NCBI GenBank assembly: GCA_965226495.1
Contig: OZ245365.1
Span: 1,280,001 to 1,344,000 of the forward strand
Source of the DNA: Candidatus Marinacidobacterales bacterium
GTDB taxonomy: Bacteria > Acidobacteriota > Vicinamibacteria > Marinacidobacterales > DATDRI01
DNA length: 64,000 bases
Direction: 5' to 3'
Below the pieces are notes generated by a model. The model was not told where the DNA came from, searched no databases, and worked only from the letters and a program-made list of their open reading frames with translations. Shown one piece after another: positions 9,168 to 17,283 of this stretch. Each line of letters opens with the position of its first letter. Positions within the stretch are counted from its first letter, which is position 1. The translations under genes were made by a program, and so were the position numbers.

Positions 9168-10297
9168 CGCGGAACCGAGAGCCGCATCCGCGCGATGCCC
9201 CCAGCATGATCTGATGGCCATCGGCCCGATGACGTAAGATCCCTCACCTCCTCGCCCACCACGACTGCCTGGATGGGGCCGATTGGCGGACCATGTCCGT
9301 TGGCGGTGTTTCGGGCCCAAATCAGATCGATCCGCCGATTCAGTTGCGGCTCCGGATTGTCGAGTAGCTCGGCGTGACAACAGGTGTCGCCTGGCCTGGC
9401 CCGCCCTCTTTTCGCCGCCCATGCGTCGACGTAGCCCGCCCAGGCGAACTGCAGGTAAGGTGGCACGATGTCGTCGACAACCGGATCGTCTGGATCCGAG
9501 TTGAAGTCCCCGACGACGATCACTGGGTCGTCCGCTGCCGCCAGGATGCCGAGGAGTTCCTGCGCCTGTAGCGCCTGAAAAGCGAGGGCCGGTCCCTGAA
9601 AATCCACCTCCAAATGCGTGTTGACGAAGTGGTATTTCCGTCCACGAACCCACGCGTCGACCGACGTGAAACCCCGCAGGAACTCGAGCTCGGCTCCGGC
9701 TATGGAGACGGGAACGTTGAAAGTGTAGTTTTGCGACATGGCGTTCGCAGTCCCGACGTCTCCGCGAACGAGGATCACGTCCCGATCGGTCACTCGCCCA
9801 TCGAAGAACAGCGGAATCCCATTCGAATCGAATCCATCAAACCCAGGCAGCTCAACATCGACATTCTGAACGAGTGACGCGACGCGGTAATCCAAACCCC
9901 GACGGTCGAGAGCCGCGAGCAGGAGATCCAGATAGTCGAATTCAACATCCACCGCAGGGGTGGCGTTCAAATCACCCGGAAACTGCGTCCGGATCAAGAA
10001 GGCCTCCTGAAGTCCGATGAGCTCGGGCCTTTTTCTCGCGATCTCGTCCGCAATGGCCTCCATCCGCTCGGGTGGATTGCTCTGGCGTATGATTTTGAGG
10101 ATTTCGGCGACTTTAATAGAGAGATCGAACGGTGACTGCGCTTCCAGAACGCGGAAGACGTCGGCCCCAAAGTAGAGGTTGCGCGTCATCACTTTGACGC
10201 TTCCAGAACGGCGGTTCACGCCGTCGTGCCCCAGAACGAGCGGCGTCGTCAGAAGTACGAGAACAAAGGACATCCAGCGAGTCATTCTCCGTGTCAT
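9164..10297 (-). CDS. Secreted endonuclease/exonuclease/phosphatase (EEP) family protein
   Basis: VMTRNLY, IGLQE, NTHLE, GDFNS, RIDLIW and PSDH motifs. Signal peptide follows ATG 10297, which has an AAGGAG RBS (ORF is open to 10405). Confidence 0.88.
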   Translation of the reverse strand: MTRRMTRWMSFVLVLLTTPLVLGHDGVNRRSGSVKVMTRNLYFGADVFRVLEAQSPFDLSIKVAEILKIIRQSNPPERMEAIADEIARKRPELIGLQEAFLIRTQFPGDLNATPAVDVEFDYLDLLLAALDRRGLDYRVASLVQNVDVELPGFDGFDSNGIPLFFDGRVTDRDVILVRGDVGTANAMSQNYTFNVPVSIAGAELEFLRGFTSVDAWVRGRKYHFVNTHLEVDFQGPALAFQALQAQELLGILAAADDPVIVVGDFNSDPDDPVVDDIVPPYLQFAWAGYVDAWAAKRGRARPGDTCCHAELLDNPEPQLNRRIDLIWARNTANGHGPPIGPIQAVVVGEEVRDLTSSGRWPSDHAGGIARMRLSVPR

Positions 10298-10320
10298 TCG
10301 ATAGCTCCTTTCGCGCAGGT

Positions 10321-10410
10321 AGGGCATGGAGTCGAAGAATCCGTGACATCCACGGCTGTGGATTGGCAGCTGTCTCGACCCGCTAGGGGCATCCTTCGAC
10401 TCCATGCCTT
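10321..10410 (-). repeat. Long inverted repeat in the 5' leader of the EEP gene
   Basis: GGCATGGAGTCGAAG (10323-10337) and CTTCGACTCCATGCC (10394-10408): 15 bp perfect, 18/20 when extended. Confidence 0.8.
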
Positions 10411-10432
10411 TCTTTCCTGGCGTGCTAGGTAC

Positions 10433-10533
10433 AGCAAATGCGATGCCAACAGGGAGGCGTGAACCAGGCAGTGTTTATGCGCAGCTAGTGATACGGGAGT
10501 AGTTCAGATTTCGAACGCGTTTCGATTTACGGA
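10433..10533 (-). promoter_or_regulatory. sigma54 promoter plus UAS pair for the EEP gene
   Basis: Minus strand TTGGCATCGCATTTGCT (10433-10449). Plus-strand TTCAGATTTCGAA (10503-10515) and TTCGATTTACGGA (10521-10533), 56 bp from the GG. Confidence 0.8.
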
Positions 10534-10549
10534 GAGGTTCTACGCGGTC

Positions 10550-12697
10550 TCAAAAACGGAAGCGCAACTTTCCTACGATGAGCCTAGTGAGGATGTCGCC
10601 AAAGACGTGTTGTTGGATCTCTGAATTCATCAGATTGGTGATCTCTATGATGGTGCTCAGCTTCCCGTCCTCCCACCGGATTCCGAATCCGGCGTTGACG
10701 AGCGTGTAGGCGTCGCTAGGCCCGTGAAAGCGAGCGTCCAAGACGTCCTGCCAAAACGACCAAAACGCATCGTCGGCGAAGTTCACCGATACGTTGCCGA
10801 AGTATCGGCCATAGTTAAAGCTGAAGCCAGCGTTGAAACGGTGCGTCGGTGGCAGGTTGAGCTCGCTGAGATCGAATCCCGTCGGCTCCGGCTCGTCTTG
10901 CCACGAATAGTTCGCAAAAACGCCGAAGAATGGGTTGATGCTCGTATCAACGGAAAGCTCTATCCCCTTGTCCCGAACGCGCTCAAGATTCCGAAACGAG
11001 AGCTCGGCGGGAAGCCCCAAGCCGGCCCGGTCTAGCTCGTCCAAAACGCTCGGTGGCAGCGGCCAACCTGGGGGTGGGTTCGTGCTGTCGTAGGTGTCGG
11101 TTTGAGTGAATTGGATGATGTCGTCGATTTCGTTGATATAGAAGGCCGCGCTGACGATGGTGCGGCCCTCGATGACCCCGGTGTAACCGAGCTCATAAGA
11201 GGTAAGGGATTCCTCTCGTAGCGCTGCGTTTCCGACGGCGGCAACGGGAAAAACGAACGGATCCCCGGGGAGCGATGGGACGATCGATTCGAGGTCTACC
11301 GCGTCTAAGATGACCGTATCCAGAAAGTTGTTCACCAAGGATGGTGCGCGGAAGGCGCGGTTGAAGGAGATACGGAACGTTTGGTCCGGGTTGGGTTTCA
11401 CCATGAAACTGGTTCGTGGTGAAAAAACAACGTCTTCCAATACATCGAACTTATCGATACGTCCGCCCACCACCCAGCGAAAATGCTCGGAGAGGAAGAT
11501 CTCGTCTTGGATATAGAGCCCAACCTCGTCGCGGTTGTCCCTAACGGGTGCCAGGGAGATATCGAACCTGTTGTGACGCACGTTCCCCCCGTATGACAGC
11601 AAATGCTTGCCTCCGATTACATTCAAGTTTCCGAGCTCGATGTCGTAGGTCTGGTTCTTGAAAGTGAAATTGATGGGTTGGCCATCGGCGCCGATGGCAA
11701 GAAGCGCAGGTGCCTCGCTATCGGTGATGTTGGTGAAAAATCTCAGACTGAAATCGCCGCGCTGATACCGGACCGTTCCGTAGGCGAGAAAAGTCTCTGG
11801 CTTGATCGCGAAGGGACCGAGGCCGGAGTGAACGATTCCTCCGGTGCCCGCGTAGCCGCCCGCGAAGACGAACTTTTGCGGCCGGCTCAGATCTTGCCGA
11901 TCGCTAGGAAAGTCGTAATCGAAACGGACATCGAACTGGGGCTGCCTTGTCCCCTGGTTAGCGTACGGCGGATAGGGGGTTTGGAATTCGTTGGGAATCG
12001 TGCCGGTGGGGCGAGGGAGGGCGTGCTGGGCGTAGATCCCAGCCGAGATCTTGAATGCGAGCCGCTCGCTGACTGCCTGTCCATAGGTGCCATTCAAGGC
12101 GAACAGATTTCCGCTATCCTGCTCGTTCCCTTCGACAGAACGGTCGAACCCTCCGAAGTCGATCGCCAGGGTAGTACCCAACATTTCTCGAGGAGGCTTG
12201 GTGATGACGTTGACGACGCCAGTCATTGCGTTGGCTCCCCAAACTGCGGAAGCAGGCCCGCGGATGATTTCAATCTGTTTGATCTCGTCGGTGTTGATGG
12301 GAAGCAGGTCCCAGAAAACGAAACCAAAGAAATCCTGGTAGATGGTTCGTCCGTCGAGCAAGGCGAGCTGCGATGTGACGAGGGTCGAGGTCGAGGCGCG
12401 GCTCCTGAGATTGATGTCGCGAGCCGACATCTGAATCACGTTGAGGCCGGGGACGACGCGCAGGAGATCGCCGTAGTTTTGCGCCGGAGAGCTCTCAATG
12501 ACACGATAAGGCAAGACGCTCACGGTGGCGGGCGCATTGACGAGCTCCTCCTGAAGCTTGGAGACGCTCACCACGATCACTTCCTGGTAGGGGGGAAGGT
12601 CCTCCTTATCCTGTTCCTGGTCTTGTCCGTCCTCAGTGAGCGGAAAAGGAAGCGACAGGAAGGTGGCGAGCAGGGGGGTTACACACCAGACCAACAT
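10550..12697 (-). CDS. TonB-dependent outer-membrane receptor
   Basis: TonB-box-like EVIVVS; plug motif IKQIEIIRGPASAVWGANAMTGVVNVITK; FRAPS; C-terminal aromatic strand LRFRF. Confidence 0.93.
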   Translation of the reverse strand: MLVWCVTPLLATFLSLPFPLTEDGQDQEQDKEDLPPYQEVIVVSVSKLQEELVNAPATVSVLPYRVIESSPAQNYGDLLRVVPGLNVIQMSARDINLRSRASTSTLVTSQLALLDGRTIYQDFFGFVFWDLLPINTDEIKQIEIIRGPASAVWGANAMTGVVNVITKPPREMLGTTLAIDFGGFDRSVEGNEQDSGNLFALNGTYGQAVSERLAFKISAGIYAQHALPRPTGTIPNEFQTPYPPYANQGTRQPQFDVRFDYDFPSDRQDLSRPQKFVFAGGYAGTGGIVHSGLGPFAIKPETFLAYGTVRYQRGDFSLRFFTNITDSEAPALLAIGADGQPINFTFKNQTYDIELGNLNVIGGKHLLSYGGNVRHNRFDISLAPVRDNRDEVGLYIQDEIFLSEHFRWVVGGRIDKFDVLEDVVFSPRTSFMVKPNPDQTFRISFNRAFRAPSLVNNFLDTVILDAVDLESIVPSLPGDPFVFPVAAVGNAALREESLTSYELGYTGVIEGRTIVSAAFYINEIDDIIQFTQTDTYDSTNPPPGWPLPPSVLDELDRAGLGLPAELSFRNLERVRDKGIELSVDTSINPFFGVFANYSWQDEPEPTGFDLSELNLPPTHRFNAGFSFNYGRYFGNVSVNFADDAFWSFWQDVLDARFHGPSDAYTLVNAGFGIRWEDGKLSTIIEITNLMNSEIQQHVFGDILTRLIVGKLRFRF

Positions 12698-12924
12698 AGG
12701 CAGTTTTCGTTGCTACGGAAGCTACTCGGTCCCGGCCTCGGAGTCAATCCGGTGAAAAGGGAGAGTTTCCCGTCTGATAAGACGGTCGCTGCGCAACGCA
12801 AGACGCCGCAGCAGACCGCGGGGAAGGCCGTTTTTGACACCACGAAACGTCCCTACTATTCTCTAAGGTGGGCGGCACCTTGCACCCCAGTTAACATTCC
12901 AACCTCTGCCTTCTGGGAGATTTG

Positions 12925-14607
12925 ATGTCCGGCAATGAGGAGCTTGCACTCGGCGACATCCTCGATGGCAAGTACATCATCGAGGAGCTCATCGGTCGGG
13001 GAGGTATGGGCGCTGTTTATCGTGCCCGGCACGTGGAGCTCGGTTCGCCGCGAGCCATCAAGATCATGCGCCGAGAGCTCGCCCAAGACGCTTCCTTCGT
13101 CCGGCGCTTTCGGAACGAGCCGCTCCTTGCCGAGGGAGTGCGACACCCGAACGTCGTGTCGGTCTACGACTTTTCTACTCTTGACGACGGCACCTCCTAC
13201 ATCGTCTGGGAGTACGTCGAGGGAAACACACTAGCGCAGCTTCTCACCAAGGGAAACGTCTTCACCAGTTCCGAAGTAGTGAATTTCGTCGAACAGGTGG
13301 CCGACGGACTGTCGGCAGTGCACGAAAAGGGCATCCTTCATCGAGACGTGTCGCCGGACAACATCATGATCTGCACCGATGCTAGAGGTAGCAGCAACGT
13401 CAAGCTTCTCGACTTCGGAGTGGCCAAAGGCGGAGGGATCCCTGGAGAAACTCCAGCCGATGCCAGCATGTTATTTGGCAAGATCGGCTATGCCTCCCCG
13501 GAGCAGATGGGTCTTCTCCAAGACGACGAGCTCCTCGACGGTCGTACCGACGTCTTCTCACTTGCCGCCGTCGCATATACGATGCTCACGGGTGAATCGC
13601 CGTTTCGCACCGCGAGTTTGCAAGTCTTCGTCCACGATCTGATCATCGCTCCAGAGTCAGAGATCAAGGCCCGTTATCTCGAGAGTTTGCCCGAACCCTG
13701 GCGGGCGCCGCTCTCACGAGCCTTGGCCCGCGACCGTGAGGCGCGACCAGCGACCACCAACGCGTTCGCCGAGGAGATAAAGAAGGCGGCGAAGGCAATG
13801 GGCTCGGAGGGGAGTAGCATCCAGCAACCGGAAGCGGGAGCACCGCGATGGCGGGGTGTGCTCTTCGCGTCGGCCGTTGCCGCAGCCATAGTCGCGATTG
13901 CGGTCGCGGTGACGACGACGACGCGCGACGTGATCCGAACTCCTGTGAAGATCGGTGAGCCTTCCGCAAAGGGGCGACAGGCTTTTCCTGACGAGACTGT
14001 TGGTCTCGCGGAGCCAGCCATCGCCGAGTTGCCACAGAGGGAAGAGGTTGCGACCGAACTCGCTCCGGAGCCTTCGCGTTCGGTTGTCGCGCCGATCGAG
14101 ACAGAGCCCTCCCGGGAAAGAGAGGACGCGCAAGCCGGCCCGGTGCAAATCGCTGTACCAATGGAGGACGAGAGAAACCGGGTAGAAGAAGCTGGAGTGG
14201 ACTCCACTCCCGGCGAGCCGCCCGCCGCGGAGCCGAAGCATCCCAACCCGATCGATGACAAGATGGCCGAGGGCCCGAGCGAGCGTCCTCAACCCCCCGC
14301 TCCGGCACCGCCGGGGCCGCAACCGAAGACGGCGACAACCGTGATACAGCCACGGCTTGTATTCCAGAAGGAGCCGGTCTACACAGACATGGCGAAGAGG
14401 CTCAGAATCCAGGGCGACGTCATCTTGAAGGCCATGATCACTTCACAGGGGAACGTCACGGATATCGAGGTCGTCCGTTCCCTTCCTCACCTGGATGGGG
14501 CGGCGATCGAGGCGGCTCGCCAATGGAAGTACGAGCCCGCCCTGAGGGACGGCGTCGCCGTGCCGTACAAGATGGATCTGAAGGTAACGTTCCGCTTCAC
14601 GCCCTGA
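12925..14607 (+). CDS. Ser/Thr protein kinase - TM - Pro-rich linker - TonB C-terminal domain fusion
   Basis: GRGGMGAVY, AIK, HRDVSPDN, DFG and GYASPEQ; TM VLFASAVAAAIVAIAVAV; C-terminal EPVYTDMAKRLRIQGDVILKAMI...LDGAAIEAARQWKYEPA. Confidence 0.9.
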   Translation: MSGNEELALGDILDGKYIIEELIGRGGMGAVYRARHVELGSPRAIKIMRRELAQDASFVRRFRNEPLLAEGVRHPNVVSVYDFSTLDDGTSYIVWEYVEGNTLAQLLTKGNVFTSSEVVNFVEQVADGLSAVHEKGILHRDVSPDNIMICTDARGSSNVKLLDFGVAKGGGIPGETPADASMLFGKIGYASPEQMGLLQDDELLDGRTDVFSLAAVAYTMLTGESPFRTASLQVFVHDLIIAPESEIKARYLESLPEPWRAPLSRALARDREARPATTNAFAEEIKKAAKAMGSEGSSIQQPEAGAPRWRGVLFASAVAAAIVAIAVAVTTTTRDVIRTPVKIGEPSAKGRQAFPDETVGLAEPAIAELPQREEVATELAPEPSRSVVAPIETEPSREREDAQAGPVQIAVPMEDERNRVEEAGVDSTPGEPPAAEPKHPNPIDDKMAEGPSERPQPPAPAPPGPQPKTATTVIQPRLVFQKEPVYTDMAKRLRIQGDVILKAMITSQGNVTDIEVVRSLPHLDGAAIEAARQWKYEPALRDGVAVPYKMDLKVTFRFTP

Positions 14608-14628
14608 CATCCTCTTTACCAAGAATAC

Positions 14629-14728
14629 CTCGAGAATCGAAACCCGTTCGGAGTTCGAAACGCATTTGTCCCACGAGCATTCCGAAGAGCCTTCTTTTTC
14701 GGCCTTTTCGATTGGCATCGAACTTGCT
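14629..14728 (+). promoter_or_regulatory. UAS pair plus sigma54 promoter
   Basis: CTCGAGAATCGAA (14629-14641), TTCGGAGTTCGAA (14647-14659) and TTGGCATCGAACTTGCT (14712-14728); 55 bp from UAS to GG. Confidence 0.82.
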
Positions 14729-14742
14729 CTTCGAGTCGATCC

Positions 14743-15015
14743 ATGAACGCACAGAACGTCTCCGTTGAAGTCACACGTCCCCGAGACCGACGTGGATTCT
14801 TGAACGCGAGGATGGTCCGAGGGCTTTCGTTCTTCACGGCGAGCATGTGCATTCTAGTTGCGGTGGTGGCGAGCCTTCTCGCCATATGGAAGTTCACAGG
14901 AACGGACGTGCTTTGGCGGACGGTAGCGACCTGCGCGGTGGTCGCGGGTGGCGCCATGACGTTTTCGTGGATTAATATTATCTTCGGGGATAATCCAACC
15001 GCCGATCCTTCCTAA
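14743..15015 (+). CDS. Small two-TM membrane protein of unknown function
   Basis: 90 aa with two hydrophobic helices; starts just after a sigma54 promoter. Confidence 0.65.
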   Translation: MNAQNVSVEVTRPRDRRGFLNARMVRGLSFFTASMCILVAVVASLLAIWKFTGTDVLWRTVATCAVVAGGAMTFSWINIIFGDNPTADPS

Positions 15016-15022
15016 CTTAGGT

Positions 15023-15123
15023 TTCGAAAATCGGAAACCGTTCGGAACTCGAAACGCGTTTCTGTCCGCTAGATGGGCTAACCGCCCTCTTTCTCAGCTT
15101 TCTAGAGTGGCATCGAACTTGCT
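15023..15123 (+). promoter_or_regulatory. UAS pair plus sigma54 promoter of the TRAP operon
   Basis: TTCGAAAATCGGA (15023-15035), TTCGGAACTCGAA (15041-15053) and GTGGCATCGAACTTGCT (15107-15123); 56 bp from UAS to GG. Confidence 0.82.
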
Positions 15124-15169
15124 AACTCGAGTCGTAGCCGCCCGCACAAGGCTGCAAAGGAGGGTTCCA

Positions 15170-16222
15170 ATGGCTTACGTGTTTCATTGCCGATCACTCC
15201 GCATCCTTTTGGTCTCCCTAGTTCTCATGGTCGCTGCCACCGGCTGCTCCATGAAGAAGTACGCGATCAACAAGGTCGGTGACAGTCTCGCTTCCGGCGG
15301 CTCGGTTTACGAGAGCGACGACGACCTCGAGCTGGTTGGTGACGCGTTCCCGTTCTCACTCAAGCTGGTGGAGAGCCTGCTGGCGGAGTCGCCGCGTCAT
15401 CGGGGATTGCTGCTCGCCGCTTCCAAAGGGTTTACATCCTACTCCTACATCTTCGTGCATGGCGAAGCCGATGTCGTCGCCGTGGAGGATCTAGCCAGGG
15501 CCACGGAGCTTCGCGCGCGGGCCCGAAATCTTTATCTACGAGCTTATCGCTACGGAATTCGTGGCCTCGAGCTTTCCTACCCGGGTATCGGTTTCGCACT
15601 CACGTCGGATCCCGAACTGCCGCCGGAGCCCTTCGTCGCGCGCGCGATGCGGGACCTTGAGCTTTCGGAGCTAGAAATCGATCAACTCCCTATTTTCCTC
15701 GATCCCGAACAGGCGGTCTCTCGCATCACCGATAAGAAGAACGTGCCCCTGCTCTATTGGACGGGGGCGGCGCTGGGGTTGGCGATCTCTGTCTCCCGCA
15801 ACGATCCCGCGATGCTTGCGCGCTTGCCTGAGGTCGACGCCCTCGTCGGACAGGCGATGCGGCTAGACGAGAGTTGGGACGAGGGAGCGCTCCACGAGTT
15901 CGAAGTGATCTTCGCACGCGCTAGGCCCGGGGCGTTGGATTTCGAAGGGATGGACGTCCACTTCCGCCGCGCCCTCGAGCTATCGAACGGGGCGCGCGCG
16001 GGCCTTTTCGTTTCTTACGCGGAGGCCGTGGCCATACCCAACCAGGATCGCTCTCAGTTCGAGACGCTTCTCGAAAGCGCATTCGCTATCGATCCCGACA
16101 AGCACAAGGACAATCGCTTAGTAAACCTCGTCGCTCAGCGACGAGCGCGCTGGCTGCTATCAAGGGTCGACGATCTGATTCTTCCCGTCGAATCGATGGG
16201 GTCGGAAGGAGAGAGCCAATGA
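15170..16222 (+). CDS. TRAP transporter TatT component (TPR-like lipoprotein)
   Basis: Lipobox AATGC; DDDLELVGDAFPFSLKLVESLL, VPLLYW and HFRRALELS; upstream of dctP/dctQM; AAGGAGG RBS before ATG 15170. Confidence 0.85.
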   Translation: MAYVFHCRSLRILLVSLVLMVAATGCSMKKYAINKVGDSLASGGSVYESDDDLELVGDAFPFSLKLVESLLAESPRHRGLLLAASKGFTSYSYIFVHGEADVVAVEDLARATELRARARNLYLRAYRYGIRGLELSYPGIGFALTSDPELPPEPFVARAMRDLELSELEIDQLPIFLDPEQAVSRITDKKNVPLLYWTGAALGLAISVSRNDPAMLARLPEVDALVGQAMRLDESWDEGALHEFEVIFARARPGALDFEGMDVHFRRALELSNGARAGLFVSYAEAVAIPNQDRSQFETLLESAFAIDPDKHKDNRLVNLVAQRRARWLLSRVDDLILPVESMGSEGESQ

Positions 16223-17283
16223 GGTACTCCATGTATGCGGTTCGAGCACTGGTTTGTCTAGTCCTACTTGGGTCGGCCCGGCCGGCTCTTTCCCAAAAAA
16301 TACGTATCAATTTGGGGACGGTGGCACCCGAGGGATCGATCTGGCACGAGATCCTTCTCGACGTGCGCCAGCAATGGGAGCAAATCTCCGGAGGCGAAGT
16401 CACGCTCCGTATCTATCCTAGCGGCATTCAGGGTGACGAAAGCGAGATGCTTCGAAAGGTTCGTATCGGCCAGCTCCACGCGGTCGCACTTTCTGGTGCG
16501 GGGCTTTCTCGCATCGACTCGAGTGTCTCTTGCCTTCAGGTCCCAATGCTCATCGAAACCTACGAAGAGCTCGACTACGTGGTCGAACGAGTGACGCCCA
16601 CGCTGGAAACGAAGCTTGCCGAGAAAGGCTTCGTCGTTTTGCATTGGGGCGACGTTGGGTGGGTGCACTTTTTCACCAAGAAGCCGGCGAGGACGCTCGA
16701 CGACATCCGTGAGATGAAGCTCTTCACCTCTGCCGGTGATCCGGAGACAGAGAAGCTCTACAAGGAGTTCGGCTTCCGACCGATTCCGCTCGCCCTGACC
16801 GATCTTCTCCCAGCGCTGCAAACCGGCATGATCGACGCAATAGACGTGCCTCCGCTGTTCGCGCTGCTCCAGCAGACGTTCGCTCTTGCGAGCCACATGA
16901 CGCCGGTGAAATGGGCTCCGCTGACCGCGGCGACCGTGATAAGCGAGAGGGCGTGGCAGGGAATACCGGCCGCGTGGCGTGAAGAGATGATCCTGGCTGC
17001 GCGCGCCGCCGCCGAGAAACGGCGCGACGAGATTCGGCGAATGGGTGAACGTGCCATCGACGAGATGCAAAGGAGGGGTTTGAAGGTCGTCGAGCTCGAT
17101 GAGGCGGCGCTCGTTTCCTGGCATCGGGAAGCCGAGCAGGCTTATCCCCGTCTCCGCGGAACGATGGTTCCGGAAGACCTCTTCGACCAAGTGACGCGCC
17201 TCAGCAGTGAGTTCAAAAAACGGCGGGGGACGGCCGATCAGGTCAACGGAGTGGAACGCGATCCGGCGCGTACGCGGCCATGA
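16219..17283 (+). CDS. dctP: TRAP transporter substrate-binding protein (DctP/TatP)
   Basis: LGTVAPEGSIW, GDESEMLRKVRIGQL, ALQTGMIDA. Confidence 0.88.
   Translation: MRYSMYAVRALVCLVLLGSARPALSQKIRINLGTVAPEGSIWHEILLDVRQQWEQISGGEVTLRIYPSGIQGDESEMLRKVRIGQLHAVALSGAGLSRIDSSVSCLQVPMLIETYEELDYVVERVTPTLETKLAEKGFVVLHWGDVGWVHFFTKKPARTLDDIREMKLFTSAGDPETEKLYKEFGFRPIPLALTDLLPALQTGMIDAIDVPPLFALLQQTFALASHMTPVKWAPLTAATVISERAWQGIPAAWREEMILAARAAAEKRRDEIRRMGERAIDEMQRRGLKVVELDEAALVSWHREAEQAYPRLRGTMVPEDLFDQVTRLSSEFKKRRGTADQVNGVERDPARTRP

Noticed and set aside
10751-10768. Near-perfect 9-bp tandem duplication (FWSFWQ) near the receptor C-terminus
   Set aside because: It is in frame, only two copies, and gives no sign of phase variation.
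12869-12884. sigma54-like TGGGCGGCACCTTGCA upstream of the kinase-TonB gene
   Set aside because: The -24 box is poor and no UAS pair lies at the expected distance, so it is not counted in the regulon.
7377-15053. TTCG-N5-CGAA repeats as a CRISPR array or integron attC sites
   Set aside because: They are short, occur only in pairs, have no regular spacers and no cas or integrase gene; the fixed distance to sigma54 boxes explains them better.
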